Positions 7,657 to 18,929 are shown, counted from the stretch's first letter. The stretch is 64,000 nucleotides of DNA from Thomasclavelia spiroformis (GCF_018369555.1 NZ_JAGZCC010000002.1), one strand, 5' to 3'. A program made the numbers and translations. The notes: a model not told the origin generated them from the letters alone.

Positions 7657-9753
7657 ATGAAAAAAGATATTACAAAATTATTTGGGGAATTGGTTTTTGA
7701 TGAAGAAACGATGGAAAAAAGATTACCAAAAGACACATTTAAAGAATTACAAAAAACATTAAAAGAATCTAAACCATTAAATATTAAAATTGCTAATGCT
7801 GTAGCAAATGCAATGAAAGATTGGGCAATTGAACATGGGGTAACTCATTATACACATTGGTTTCAACCGATGACAGGGGTAACGGCAGAAAAACATGATA
7901 GCTTTATCAATGTTAAGAAAAACGGAAAAATGATTTTAGAATTTTCTGGAAAAGAGTTAATCAAAGGTGAACCTGATGCTTCATCATTTCCAAACGGAGG
8001 ATTAAGAGCAACCTTTGAAGCTCGTGGTTATACAGCATGGGATCCTACATCATATGCATTTATTAAAAATAATGTGTTATGTATTCCAACAGCATTTTGT
8101 TCATATTCTGGTCATGCTTTGGATAAAAAAACACCATTATTAAGAAGTATGGAAGCAATTCAAAAACAAGCAATGCGAATTTTAAAATTGTTTGGAAATA
8201 ATGATGTTGTTTCTGTTAAAACAACAGTGGGACCAGAACAAGAATATTTTTTAGTCGATAAAAAATATTATGAACAAAGAAAAGATTTAATTTATACAGG
8301 ACGTACTTTATTTGGTGCACCATCACCAAAAGGGCAAGAAATGGAAGATCATTATTTTGGAACAATTAAATCAAGAGTACAAGCATTTATGAATGACTTA
8401 AATGTTGAATTGTGGAAATTAGGTATTTTTGCTAAAACTGAACATAATGAGGTAGCACCGGCTCAGCATGAATTAGCACCAATTTTTTCAACAACTAATA
8501 TTGCAACAGATCATAATCAATTAATAATGGAGTTGATTCAACGTACTGCTAAAAAACATGATCTAGTAGCTTTACTACATGAAAAACCATTTGCAGGAAT
8601 CAATGGCAGTGGGAAACATAATAACTGGTCAATTTCTACAGATTCTGGTGTTAATTTATTAGAACCAGGAGAAACTCCATATGAAAATGCACAATTTTTA
8701 TTATTCTTATGTGCAATTTTAAAAGCGGCTGATGAGCATCAAGATTTATTAAGATTATCAGTTGCTACAGCTGGAAATGATCATCGTTTGGGTGCAAATG
8801 AAGCACCACCAGCAATTATTTCTGTATTTTTAGGTGATGAATTAACAGAAATCTTAGAAGCAATTGAAGAAGATCGAGCATACGATGGAAAAGTTAAGGA
8901 ATTAATGAAAATAGGGGCACATGTATTACCTAAGTTTACAAAAGATGCAACTGATCGTAATCGTACTTCCCCATTTGCTTTTACTGGTAATAAATTTGAG
9001 TTTAGGATGCCAGGTTCTAGTTCTTCGATTGCAGGATGTAATATTGTTTTAAATACTGTAATTGCTGATGAATTAAAAGAATTTGCAGATATTTTAGAAA
9101 ATAGTAATGATTTTTCATCTGCATTACATGAATTGATTCAAAAGACAATTAAGGAACATAAAAGAATTATTTTTAATGGAAATGGATATGATCAAGCATG
9201 GATTGAAGAAGCTAAAAAACGTGGTTTATTAAATTTAAAAACTACTCCTGATGCTTTACCATATTTTATTAAAGAAGAAAACCGTGAATTATTTAAAAGA
9301 CATCATGTTTTTGATGATGAAGAAATTTATTCACGTTATGAAATCTTAATGGAAGAATATGTCAAAATATTAAATATTGAAGCTTTAACAATGGTAAATA
9401 TGTCAAAAAAAGAAATCTTACCAGCAATAAGTAATTACACTAAACAACTTGCAGATACAATTTTATCAAAACAACAAGTATTACCAACTAATAAAAGTTT
9501 ATATGAACAAGAAATTCTTGAACAAACTACAATATTACTAAATCAAGCCTATGAAACAACATTAAAATTAGAAGAAAATCTAAAACAAGCACAAGAAATA
9601 GATGATTTTGAAAAACAAGCATTATTTTATAAAGATAATATTATTATCAAAATGAATGAATTAAGAGTTGCTTGTGATAAATTAGAAACTTTAACTGATG
9701 AAAAATTATGGCCATTTCCAACATACGGAAAATTATTGTTTGGTATTTTATAA
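7657..9753 (+). CDS. glnN: Glutamine synthetase type III (GlnN)
   Basis: 698 aa, the characteristic GSIII length and N-terminal domain. Strong RBS AAAAGGGGG. First gene of a tightly spaced 4-gene operon. Confidence 0.8.
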   Translation: MKKDITKLFGELVFDEETMEKRLPKDTFKELQKTLKESKPLNIKIANAVANAMKDWAIEHGVTHYTHWFQPMTGVTAEKHDSFINVKKNGKMILEFSGKELIKGEPDASSFPNGGLRATFEARGYTAWDPTSYAFIKNNVLCIPTAFCSYSGHALDKKTPLLRSMEAIQKQAMRILKLFGNNDVVSVKTTVGPEQEYFLVDKKYYEQRKDLIYTGRTLFGAPSPKGQEMEDHYFGTIKSRVQAFMNDLNVELWKLGIFAKTEHNEVAPAQHELAPIFSTTNIATDHNQLIMELIQRTAKKHDLVALLHEKPFAGINGSGKHNNWSISTDSGVNLLEPGETPYENAQFLLFLCAILKAADEHQDLLRLSVATAGNDHRLGANEAPPAIISVFLGDELTEILEAIEEDRAYDGKVKELMKIGAHVLPKFTKDATDRNRTSPFAFTGNKFEFRMPGSSSSIAGCNIVLNTVIADELKEFADILENSNDFSSALHELIQKTIKEHKRIIFNGNGYDQAWIEEAKKRGLLNLKTTPDALPYFIKEENRELFKRHHVFDDEEIYSRYEILMEEYVKILNIEALTMVNMSKKEILPAISNYTKQLADTILSKQQVLPTNKSLYEQEILEQTTILLNQAYETTLKLEENLKQAQEIDDFEKQALFYKDNIIIKMNELRVACDKLETLTDEKLWPFPTYGKLLFGIL

Positions 9754-9767
9754 GAGGGGGAAATTAT

Positions 9768-11348
9768 ATGTGTTCAATAATGGGCTATTATGGCAAGTGT
9801 ATATCACATGAAGAATTCTTGAAAGGGTTCAATCAGACCCTTTCAAGAGGGCCTGATGCTACTAAAGTTGTTGAAATAGATCAATGTGTGTTGGGATTTC
9901 ATCGCTTATCGATTATGGGAATTGATCAAAGAGGGATGCAACCTTTTAAATATAAAAATAATTATCTTGTTTGTAATGGGGAAATTTATAGATTTCGTAA
10001 AATTAAAGAGGAGTTAATAAAAAAAGGAATTAATTTTAGTAGCGAAAGTGATTGTGAAATATTACTACCATTTTATGAACAAAAAGGTGTAGAAATGTTT
10101 AAAGAGCTTGACGGCGAGTTTGCATTAATTATTTATGAAGAAAATTCTAAACAATTAATTGCTGCAAGAGATCCAATTGGAATTAGACCACTATTTTATG
10201 GGTATGATAAAGATAAGCAAATTATTTTTGCATCTGAAGCTAAAAACTTAGTTGGATTATGTGATAAAATCTATCCTTTTCCTCCAGGACACTATTATAA
10301 AGATGGCCAATTTATTTGTTACTTAGATATAACTAAAGTAACAAAATGTTATCAAGATGATATAGATACAGTTTGTACTAATATTCATGATTTATTAATA
10401 GCGGGAATAAAAAAACGTTTGGATGCTGATGTACCAATTGGTTTTTTATTAAGCGGAGGATTAGATTCATCATTAGTATGTGCAGTTTCATCAAAACTTT
10501 TAAATAAACCAATTCATACTTTTGCAATTGGAATGAGCGAAGATGCGATTGATTTAAAATATGCTCGTGAAGTCGCAAATTATATCAACAGCAAACACAC
10601 CGAAGTAATTATTACCAAAGAAGATGTTATTAACTCCTTAGAAACAGTTATTTCAATATTAGGTACTTATGATATTACAACAATTCGTGCTTCGATAGGG
10701 ATGTATCTTATTTGTAAATATATTCATGAACATACAGATATTCGTGTATTGTTAACCGGTGAAGTTTCTGATGAATTATTTGGATATAAGTATACTGACT
10801 TTGCCCCGGATGCTAAGGCTTTTTTAAATGAAGCTAAAAAACGAGTTAGTGAATTATATATGTATGATGTTTTAAGAGCAGATCGTTGTATTAGTGTTAA
10901 TTCACTTGAAGCAAGGGTTCCTTTTGGTGATTTGGCTTTTGTTAAATATGTTATGCATATTGATCCACACATGAAAATGAATGTTTATGGTAAAGGGAAA
11001 TATTTATTAAGACGAGCTTTTGATAAAGGATATTTACCAAGACATATTTTAATGAGAGAAAAGGCGGCTTTTTCCGATGCTGTTGGTCATTCGTTAAGCG
11101 ATGAATTAAAACGTTATGCTAATTTAAAATATACAGATCAAGAGTTTGAAGAAAAAAAGAAACGGTATCAAGATATTGAGCCATTTACAAAAGAAGCATT
11201 ATTATATCGAGAAATATTTGAAAAATATTATCCTCATCAAGTCCATATGATTAAAGACTATTGGATGCCAAATAAAAAGTGGCCAGGATGTACAGTTGAT
11301 GACCCATCAGCTAGAGTACTTTCTAATTATGGGGATAGTGGGAAATAG
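9768..11348 (+). CDS. asnB: Asparagine synthetase (glutamine-hydrolysing), AsnB
   Basis: N-terminal Met-Cys (MCSIMGYYG) nucleophile. PP-loop SGGLDSS. The start was moved to the ATG at 9768 (RBS AGAGGGGG), because the longer ORF would overlap glnN. Confidence 0.85.
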   Translation: MCSIMGYYGKCISHEEFLKGFNQTLSRGPDATKVVEIDQCVLGFHRLSIMGIDQRGMQPFKYKNNYLVCNGEIYRFRKIKEELIKKGINFSSESDCEILLPFYEQKGVEMFKELDGEFALIIYEENSKQLIAARDPIGIRPLFYGYDKDKQIIFASEAKNLVGLCDKIYPFPPGHYYKDGQFICYLDITKVTKCYQDDIDTVCTNIHDLLIAGIKKRLDADVPIGFLLSGGLDSSLVCAVSSKLLNKPIHTFAIGMSEDAIDLKYAREVANYINSKHTEVIITKEDVINSLETVISILGTYDITTIRASIGMYLICKYIHEHTDIRVLLTGEVSDELFGYKYTDFAPDAKAFLNEAKKRVSELYMYDVLRADRCISVNSLEARVPFGDLAFVKYVMHIDPHMKMNVYGKGKYLLRRAFDKGYLPRHILMREKAAFSDAVGHSLSDELKRYANLKYTDQEFEEKKKRYQDIEPFTKEALLYREIFEKYYPHQVHMIKDYWMPNKKWPGCTVDDPSARVLSNYGDSGK

Positions 11349-11361
11349 AAAGGTTGAGATT

Positions 11362-14300
11362 ATGGAAGATAGAAATCTAAAGATGCAATTGCTAAATGAA
11401 CATGATGCTTGTGGAATTGGTGCAGTTGTAAACATAGATGGAAGAAAGGATTATACAGTTGTTGATCGAGCTTTACAAATTGTCGAGAAATTGGAACATC
11501 GAGCAGGAAAAGATGCTAGTGGTAAAGTTGGTGATGGAGTAGGAATTCTTCTTCAAATTTCTCATCATTTTTTTAAAAAAGTTACTGCTTTACAAAATAT
11601 AAATTTAAATGATGAAAATAATTATGGAATTGGGATGTTCTTTTTACCTCAAGATGAAGTTAAAAGGAATATTGCACTTAAAATATTTGAAGATATTGTA
11701 AAAAATAAAGAAGTAAAATTTTTGGGATGGCGTAATGTTCCTTATCATGATGAAATACTTGGTCAAAATGCTAAAGAGTGTATGCCTTATATAATGCAAT
11801 GTTTTGTTGAAAGACCTAAACAGATTGAAAAAGACATCGAGTTTGAACGCTTATTATATAAAATTAGACGTGAATTCGAACAATTAAATCTAGAAACATA
11901 TATTTGTTCTTTGTCAGCTAAAACAATTGTCTATAAAGGGATGTTTTTAGTTGAACAATTACGATTATTTTATGATGATTTACAAGATCATGATTATCAT
12001 AGTGCAATTGCTCTTGTACATTCTCGTTTTTCTACTAATACTACACCTAGTTGGCAAAGAGCACATCCAAATCGAATGATTGCTCATAACGGGGAAATTA
12101 ATACTATTCATGGTAATAGTCATCGTATGTTAGCACGTAAAGATATTTTAAAATCTCAATTCTATGATGATCAATATTCGATTGTTAATATTCAAGGCTC
12201 AGATTCTGCAATTTTAGATAATGCTTTAGAGTATTTATATATAAATGGAATACCTTTAGAAAAAGCAATAATGCTAATGATTCCAGAACCATGGAAAAAT
12301 GAAGAAATAGCTCAAGATAAAAAAGACTTTTATCACTATTATGCGACAATGATGGAACCTTGGGATGGACCAGCTGCAATTTTATTTTCTGATGGAAATA
12401 AAATGGGAGCAATTTTAGATCGAAATGGTTTAAGACCAGCTCGTTATTATATCTTAGATGATCAAACTTTAATTTTATCTTCAGAAGTAGGAGTATTAGA
12501 TATTCCTGAAGAAAAAATCATTTGTAAAAATAGATTAGAGCCTGGAAAGATGCTTTTAGTAGATACTATAAATAAAAAAATTATTAGTGATGAAGAATGT
12601 AAAAATTTATATGCTAAAAAACAACCATATGGAAAATGGCTAAATTCATATTTATTGCATTTAAAAAACTTAACAGTACATAATAAAGCATCATATCTTG
12701 ATCAAAATCAAAGAGATATTTTATATAAAGTTTTTGGTTATACTTATGAAGATGTTAAAGATATTATTTTACCAATGGCACAAAACAAAAAAGAATCATT
12801 AGCAGCTATGGGAACTGATATACCATTAGCTATGTTAAGTAAGTGTCATCCTCGTTTATTTCATTATTTTAAACAACAATTTGCTCAAGTAACTAATCCA
12901 CCAATTGATGCATTAAGAGAAGATGTTGTAGTAGATACGACTGTATATTTAGGATCACAAGGTAATTTATTGCAAGATCAAGCTAAAAACTGTCAAGTTT
13001 TAGAAATTAATAATCCTATTCTTGATCGATTAGATATTGATAAAATAAAACAATTAAATCAAGAAGGTTTTTGTAGTAAAGTAATCTCGCTATCATTTTC
13101 AAAGAAAATAACATTACAAAAGGCATTAGATGATTTGTTTGTAAAATGTGACAAAGCATATATAGATGGTGTTAATATCTTTATTTTATCCGATCGAGAT
13201 GTTGCTTATGATCAACTCATTATTCCTTCGTTACTTGCAGTTTCTGCTCTAGAACATCATTTTATCAATACTAAAAAAGAAACTAATGTATCAATTGTTT
13301 TAGAAAGTGGTGAACCTCGAGATGTGCATCAATTTGCATGTTTATTAGGATATGGGGCTAAAGCAATTTATCCATATTTAGCTCATGAATGTATCCATGA
13401 AATGATTCAAGAAAATATTTTGGAAAAAGAAGAAAATCAAGCAATTGAAGATTATAATCAGGCAATAGTTCATGGAGTTGTAAAGATTGCATCTAAAATG
13501 GGAATATCAACTTTACAATCATATCAATCAGCTCAAATTTTTGAAACAGTTGGAATTAAACAAGAAGTAATTGATAAATATTTTACTAATACTATCAATT
13601 GTATTGGAAAAATCGGTTTAGAAGAAATCGAAGCAGATATTCGCTATTATCATAATTATGCTTACGATTCTTCAAAACTATCAACTTTTGCTTCATTAAA
13701 CAGTTTAGGATTTCATAAATATCGTAAAGGAAAAGATAAAGAAATTCATTTATATAATCCTGAAACAATAGTTATGCTCCAAAGGGCTACTCAAAATAAT
13801 GATTATGAATTATTTAAATTATATTCAAAACAACTAAATCAACAAGATAAACCATATACAATTAGACAACTTTTAGATTTTGATTTTTCAAAAAGAAAAG
13901 CAATATCTATAGATGAAGTAGAAAGTATTGAATCAATTGTAAAAAGATTCAAAACCGGAGCTATGTCATATGGTTCAATTTCAAAAGAAGCACATGAATG
14001 CATGGCTATTGCCATGAATAAATTAGGTGGAAAATCAAATTCTGGTGAAGGTGGTGAAGAAATAGAACGCCTTTATGGAAAAGCTAATAGTGCAATTAAA
14101 CAAGTTGCTAGCGGTCGTTTTGGAGTAACTAGTGAATATCTTGTAAGTGCAAAAGAAATTCAAATAAAAATGGCACAAGGAGCAAAGCCAGGTGAGGGTG
14201 GACATTTACCAGGAAAAAAAGTCTATCCTTGGATTGCTAAAACACGATATTCAACACCCGGAGTATCTTTAATCTCACCACCACCACATCATGATATTTA

Positions 14301-15864
14301 TTCAATTGAAGATTTAGCACAACTAATTTATGATTTAAAAAACGCTAATCGTGAGGCACGAATTTCAGTTAAATTAGTTTCTAAAAATGGTGTAGGTACA
14401 GTAGCTTGTGGAGTAGCAAAAGCAGGAGCTGAAGTTATTTTAATTTCAGGATATGATGGAGGAACCGGAGCAGCAAATCAAAGTTCAATTCACCATGCTG
14501 GATTACCTTGGGAAATTGGTTTATTACAAACCCATCAGACATTAGTAGAAAATAATTTACGAACACGAGTGGTATTAGAAACTGATGGAAAATTAATGAC
14601 GGGTCGTGATGTTGCAATTGCAACATTATTAGGAGCTGAGGAATTTGGTTTTGCTACTGCACCACTAGTTACCATGGGATGTATCATGATGCGAGTTTGT
14701 AATTTAGATACTTGTCCAGTTGGCATTGCAACTCAAAACAAAGAGCTTAGAAAAAGATTTAAAGGTAAACCGGAATATGTAATGAATTTCATGATTTTTA
14801 TAGCTAGTGAGTTACGAGAAATTATGGCTAGTCTTGGTTTTAGAACAATTGAAGAAATGGTTGGTCATCTTGATTGTTTAAAAGTTAAAGATAAGATTGG
14901 TCAAGATATTGATTTAAAAGCAATTTTAAATCAAAAAGCTTATCCTGTTCATTTTAAAAAACAAGATATTTATCAATTTGAATTAGAAAATAAATTAGAT
15001 ATGAAAGAAATCTTACCACGTTTTAAAGATGCATTGAATAGAGGGACAAAACATCAAGAAACAATTCATGTTTCTAGTCTTGATCGAAGTGTTGGAACAC
15101 TATTTGGTAGTGAGGTTACTAAAAAATATCAGCAAAAACTAAACGATGATACTTTTACCATTAATTGTATCGGTGGTGCCGGTCAATCATTTGGAGCATT
15201 TTTACCTAAAGGAATTACGATGAATTTAGTGGGTGATGCCAATGATTATTTTGGAAAAGGTTTATCAGGAGGGCATTTAGCGATATATCCTAATTCTAAA
15301 GCTAAATATAATAGTCATGATAATGTAATTATAGGAAATGTAGCTTTATATGGGGCAACATCTGGTGAGGTTTATGTAAATGGTCTTGCCGGAGAGCGAT
15401 TTGCGGTAAGAAATTCTGGAGCAATTGCAATTGTAGAAGGGTGTGGAGATCATGGTTTAGAATATATGACAGGTGGAAAAGTTGTAATTCTTGGTAAAAC
15501 AGGTAAAAATTTAGCAGCCGGAATGAGCGGAGGAATTGCATATGTTTTAGATCAGGATAACGATTTAGATAAACGGTTAAATAAAGAAATGGTCTTGATG
15601 GAAGAAGTTACTAATAGTCAAGATCAAGCAGAATTATATGATTTGATTAATAAACACTTTAAGGCAACAGCTTCATCTTTTGCTAAAACAATCTTAAATG
15701 ACTATGCAAATTGGTTGCCTTGTTTTAAAAAGCTTGTACCAAAAGATTATCAAAAAATTATGACAATAATCAAAGAATATGAAGATAGAGGCTATCCACT
15801 TGAAGTAGCAAAACTTGAAGCGTTCAATAGAATTCACGGAATAAAGGAGGAATATCATGGCTAA
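11362..15864 (+). CDS. gltB: Glutamate synthase large subunit (GltB)
   Basis: The Cys of DACGIG is the amidotransferase N-terminal nucleophile. About 1500 aa with FMN, Fe-S and C-terminal GXXG-repeat domains. The start was moved to the ATG at 11362, which has an RBS. Confidence 0.85.
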   Translation: MEDRNLKMQLLNEHDACGIGAVVNIDGRKDYTVVDRALQIVEKLEHRAGKDASGKVGDGVGILLQISHHFFKKVTALQNINLNDENNYGIGMFFLPQDEVKRNIALKIFEDIVKNKEVKFLGWRNVPYHDEILGQNAKECMPYIMQCFVERPKQIEKDIEFERLLYKIRREFEQLNLETYICSLSAKTIVYKGMFLVEQLRLFYDDLQDHDYHSAIALVHSRFSTNTTPSWQRAHPNRMIAHNGEINTIHGNSHRMLARKDILKSQFYDDQYSIVNIQGSDSAILDNALEYLYINGIPLEKAIMLMIPEPWKNEEIAQDKKDFYHYYATMMEPWDGPAAILFSDGNKMGAILDRNGLRPARYYILDDQTLILSSEVGVLDIPEEKIICKNRLEPGKMLLVDTINKKIISDEECKNLYAKKQPYGKWLNSYLLHLKNLTVHNKASYLDQNQRDILYKVFGYTYEDVKDIILPMAQNKKESLAAMGTDIPLAMLSKCHPRLFHYFKQQFAQVTNPPIDALREDVVVDTTVYLGSQGNLLQDQAKNCQVLEINNPILDRLDIDKIKQLNQEGFCSKVISLSFSKKITLQKALDDLFVKCDKAYIDGVNIFILSDRDVAYDQLIIPSLLAVSALEHHFINTKKETNVSIVLESGEPRDVHQFACLLGYGAKAIYPYLAHECIHEMIQENILEKEENQAIEDYNQAIVHGVVKIASKMGISTLQSYQSAQIFETVGIKQEVIDKYFTNTINCIGKIGLEEIEADIRYYHNYAYDSSKLSTFASLNSLGFHKYRKGKDKEIHLYNPETIVMLQRATQNNDYELFKLYSKQLNQQDKPYTIRQLLDFDFSKRKAISIDEVESIESIVKRFKTGAMSYGSISKEAHECMAIAMNKLGGKSNSGEGGEEIERLYGKANSAIKQVASGRFGVTSEYLVSAKEIQIKMAQGAKPGEGGHLPGKKVYPWIAKTRYSTPGVSLISPPPHHDIYSIEDLAQLIYDLKNANREARISVKLVSKNGVGTVACGVAKAGAEVILISGYDGGTGAANQSSIHHAGLPWEIGLLQTHQTLVENNLRTRVVLETDGKLMTGRDVAIATLLGAEEFGFATAPLVTMGCIMMRVCNLDTCPVGIATQNKELRKRFKGKPEYVMNFMIFIASELREIMASLGFRTIEEMVGHLDCLKVKDKIGQDIDLKAILNQKAYPVHFKKQDIYQFELENKLDMKEILPRFKDALNRGTKHQETIHVSSLDRSVGTLFGSEVTKKYQQKLNDDTFTINCIGGAGQSFGAFLPKGITMNLVGDANDYFGKGLSGGHLAIYPNSKAKYNSHDNVIIGNVALYGATSGEVYVNGLAGERFAVRNSGAIAIVEGCGDHGLEYMTGGKVVILGKTGKNLAAGMSGGIAYVLDQDNDLDKRLNKEMVLMEEVTNSQDQAELYDLINKHFKATASSFAKTILNDYANWLPCFKKLVPKDYQKIMTIIKEYEDRGYPLEVAKLEAFNRIHGIKEEYHG

Positions 15865-17317
15865 ACCAACAGGGTTTTTAGAATATCAACGTGTTGATAA
15901 TTTTTCCATTAAACCACAAAAGCGAATTTTAAATTTCGATGAATTTCATCAGTCTTTAAATCCATCATTAAGGAAACAACAAGGTGCACGTTGTATGAAT
16001 TGTGGAGTACCTTTTTGTCAATCTGCCATTTCTATAAAAGGAACAGTTTCAGGGTGCCCCTTACATAATTTAATTCCTGAATGGAATGATGAAATATATC
16101 GTGGTAATGAAAAACAAGCACTAGCAAGATTATTAAAAACAAATTGTTTTCCTGAATTTACAGGCCGTGTTTGTCCTGCTTTATGTGAAAAAGCTTGTGT
16201 ATGTGGATTGAATGATGATCCTGTTACAATTAAGGATAATGAATTATATGTCATTGAAACAGCTTTTAAAAATGGTCTAATTAAAGCCAATTTACCAAGT
16301 TTTCGTACATGTAAAAAGGTTGCAGTAATTGGAAGTGGTCCAGCTGGTTTAACAGTTGCATATCAATTAAATCAAAAAGGTCATGAAGTTACTGTTTATG
16401 AAAAAGAAGATCGTTTAGGTGGCTTGTTAATGTATGGAATTCCAAATATGAAACTTGATAAAAAAATAATTGAACGACGTATTCAATTAATGAAAGAAGA
16501 AGGAATTACTTTTATTACCAATAAAAATGTTGGTGTTGATCTTACAAAAGAAGAATTATTGTTGGACTATGATGCGATAGTTTTATGCTGTGGAGCCAAA
16601 CAAGCTCGTGATTTAAAAGTACCTGGTCGAAATAGCAAAGGAATACATTTAGCAGTTGATTTTCTTGCATCAACAACTAAAGCCTTGCTTGATAATACTT
16701 ATGAAAAAGGAAATTATATTAGTGCTAAAGATAAACATGTAGTTGTTGTCGGTGGTGGTGATACAGGAAATGATTGTGTTGCTACGGCTATTCGTCATGG
16801 TTGTATCTCAGTAACACAGTTGGAAATGATGCCACAATTGCCTTCGACAAGAACAAAAGAAGAGCCATGGCCACAATGGCCTCACGTTAATAAAATTGAT
16901 TATGGTCAAGAAGAAAGTATGGAAATATTTCATCATGATCCACGTCTTTATAAAACAACTGTTAAAGAATGTATTGATGAAAAAGGACAACTTAAAGCAG
17001 TAAAAATTGTTAATATTGAAATTAATAATGGTAAGATAATTGAAGTTGAAGGTAGTCAAAAAATTATCAAAGCAGATTTATTGTTAATTGCTGCTGGTTT
17101 TACTGGTATTGATTTAGAATTAAAAAATACTTTTAATTTACAAACTACTGCTAAAAATACTATTGCAACTAAACAATTTTCTTATCAAACAACTGATGAT
17201 AAAATTTTTGTTGCTGGAGATAGTCGTCGTGGTCAATCGTTAGTTGTATGGGCGATTATGGAAGGTAATGAATGTGCTAATGAAGTAAATGAATATTTAA
17301 TGAAAGATTTTGATTAA
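15857..17317 (+). CDS. gltD: Glutamate synthase small subunit (GltD), NADPH-dependent
   Basis: 486 aa, Cys clusters for Fe-S, two Rossmann GXGXXG motifs (VIGSGPAG, VVGGGDTG). Overlaps gltB by 8 nt. Confidence 0.85.
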   Translation: MAKPTGFLEYQRVDNFSIKPQKRILNFDEFHQSLNPSLRKQQGARCMNCGVPFCQSAISIKGTVSGCPLHNLIPEWNDEIYRGNEKQALARLLKTNCFPEFTGRVCPALCEKACVCGLNDDPVTIKDNELYVIETAFKNGLIKANLPSFRTCKKVAVIGSGPAGLTVAYQLNQKGHEVTVYEKEDRLGGLLMYGIPNMKLDKKIIERRIQLMKEEGITFITNKNVGVDLTKEELLLDYDAIVLCCGAKQARDLKVPGRNSKGIHLAVDFLASTTKALLDNTYEKGNYISAKDKHVVVVGGGDTGNDCVATAIRHGCISVTQLEMMPQLPSTRTKEEPWPQWPHVNKIDYGQEESMEIFHHDPRLYKTTVKECIDEKGQLKAVKIVNIEINNGKIIEVEGSQKIIKADLLLIAAGFTGIDLELKNTFNLQTTAKNTIATKQFSYQTTDDKIFVAGDSRRGQSLVVWAIMEGNECANEVNEYLMKDFD

Positions 17318-17319
17318 AA

Positions 17320-17349
17320 GAATTAACGATTAAAGTTAATTCTTTTTTG
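17320..17349 (+). terminator. Intrinsic terminator AAGAATTAAC..GTTAATTCTT plus T6
   Basis: 10-bp perfect stem with a T-run, directly after gltD. Confidence 0.6.
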
Positions 17350-17398
17350 TTATAAGATTCTTTTTTTGGTAAAATAAATATAAAGGGTGAATGAATAA

Positions 17399-18919
17399 AT
17401 GAAACAAGATAAACGAATATATATGGCAATTGATTTAAAGTCGTTTTATGCATCAGTTGAATGTGTTGAAAGAAATCTTGATCCTTTAACAACTAATCTT
17501 GTTGTTGCTGACGTAAGTCGTAGTGAAAAAACAATTTGTTTAGCAGTATCACCATCATTAAAAAAATATGGAATTCCAGGAAGAGCAAGATTATTTGAAG
17601 TAATTCAAAAGGTCAAAGAAATAAATCAACAAAGAAAAAATAAACTAGGTAATAAAAAATTTACTGGTGAATCATATGATGATAATTTACTTAGTCAAGA
17701 TCCAAACTTATCATTATCATATATTATTGCAACACCACGAATGGCTTTTTATATTGAATATAGTACTAAAATTTATGAAATTTACTTAAAATATGTTTCT
17801 GCAGATGATATGCATGTTTATTCAATTGATGAGGTTTTTATTGATATTACCCCATACCTTAAAGTTTATAATGTAAAACCACGAGAATTTGCAAAAATGA
17901 TTATTTTAGATGTTTTAAAAACTACTGGTATTACTGCTACTGCTGGTATTGGAACAAATTTATATTTGTGTAAAATTGCTATGGATATAGTTGCTAAACA
18001 TACAAAAGCAGATCAAGATGGTGTTAGAATAGCTCAGTTAGATGAGATGATGTATCGAAAATATCTTTGGTATCATCAGCCAATTACTGATTTTTGGAGA
18101 GTCGGCAAAGGCTATCAAAATAAATTAAAAAAAGTTGGCTTATATACAATGGGAGATATTGCGAAATGTTCAATTGGTAAAGAGGATGAATATTATAATG
18201 AAGATTTACTTTATGATTTATTTGGCATTAATGCTGAATTATTAATTGATCATGCTTGGGGCTATGAACCATGTACGATTAATGATATTAAAGGCTATAA
18301 ACCAGAAAATAATAGTATTGGTAGTGGCCAAGTTTTAGATTCACCATATGATTTTAATAAAGCAAAATTAGTTGTAAAAGAAATGCTTGATTTACTGTCA
18401 TTAAGTTTAGTTGAAAAAAGATTAGTTACTGATCAAATTGTTTTAACTGTTGGTTATGATATAAAAAATCTTTCAAAATATAAATATTATCAAGGCGTAA
18501 TTACAACTGATTATTATGGTAGAAAAATACCTAAACATGCTCATGGAACTGTAAATCTTAAAGAAAAAACAGACTCTGTAAAATTAATTACTGATGCTGT
18601 AATGAAGTTATATGATAAGATTGTTGATAAAAAATTAACGATAAAAAGAATTAACATTTCAGCTAATCATGTTGTAAGTGAAACAACATTAACCAATCAA
18701 AAAACAATTGAACAATTAGATTTATTTACTGATTATGAAGCTTTAAAAAAGCAACATGAAAAAGAATCAATAGAATTATTAAAAGAAAAAAAGTTACAGC
18801 AAGCAACATTACAAATCAAAAAGAAATATGGTAAAAATGCAATCTTAAAAGGAATGAATCTTAAAGAAGGTGCTACAACAATTGAACGTAATAAAACAAT
18901 AGGTGGTCATAAAGCGTAA
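17399..18919 (+). CDS. Y-family (translesion) DNA polymerase, UmuC/YqjW-like
   Basis: N-terminal IDLKSFYASVE motif (the Y-family IMPB/MUCB/SAMB signature). 506 aa. Confidence 0.75.
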   Translation: MKQDKRIYMAIDLKSFYASVECVERNLDPLTTNLVVADVSRSEKTICLAVSPSLKKYGIPGRARLFEVIQKVKEINQQRKNKLGNKKFTGESYDDNLLSQDPNLSLSYIIATPRMAFYIEYSTKIYEIYLKYVSADDMHVYSIDEVFIDITPYLKVYNVKPREFAKMIILDVLKTTGITATAGIGTNLYLCKIAMDIVAKHTKADQDGVRIAQLDEMMYRKYLWYHQPITDFWRVGKGYQNKLKKVGLYTMGDIAKCSIGKEDEYYNEDLLYDLFGINAELLIDHAWGYEPCTINDIKGYKPENNSIGSGQVLDSPYDFNKAKLVVKEMLDLLSLSLVEKRLVTDQIVLTVGYDIKNLSKYKYYQGVITTDYYGRKIPKHAHGTVNLKEKTDSVKLITDAVMKLYDKIVDKKLTIKRINISANHVVSETTLTNQKTIEQLDLFTDYEALKKQHEKESIELLKEKKLQQATLQIKKKYGKNAILKGMNLKEGATTIERNKTIGGHKA

Positions 18920-18929
18920 AGGAGAAATA

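Noticed and set aside
9708-9767. 5' extension of the asnB ORF (MAISNIRKIIVWYFIRGGNY) overlapping glnN
   Set aside because: AsnB must start with Met-Cys. The ATG at 9768 has an RBS, and the extension overlaps the end of glnN.
11296-11361. 5' extension of gltB (MMTHQLEYFLIMGIVGNRKVEI)
   Set aside because: It overlaps the asnB C-terminus. The conserved N-terminal Cys nucleophile follows the ATG at 11362 at the expected distance.
10378-17492. Short minus-strand ORFs within asnB, gltB and gltD (10378-10578, 10724-10972, 12185-12412, 14435-14726, 15329-15541, 16018-16290, 16808-17059, 17277-17492)
   Set aside because: All lie antisense within well-supported genes and have no RBS.
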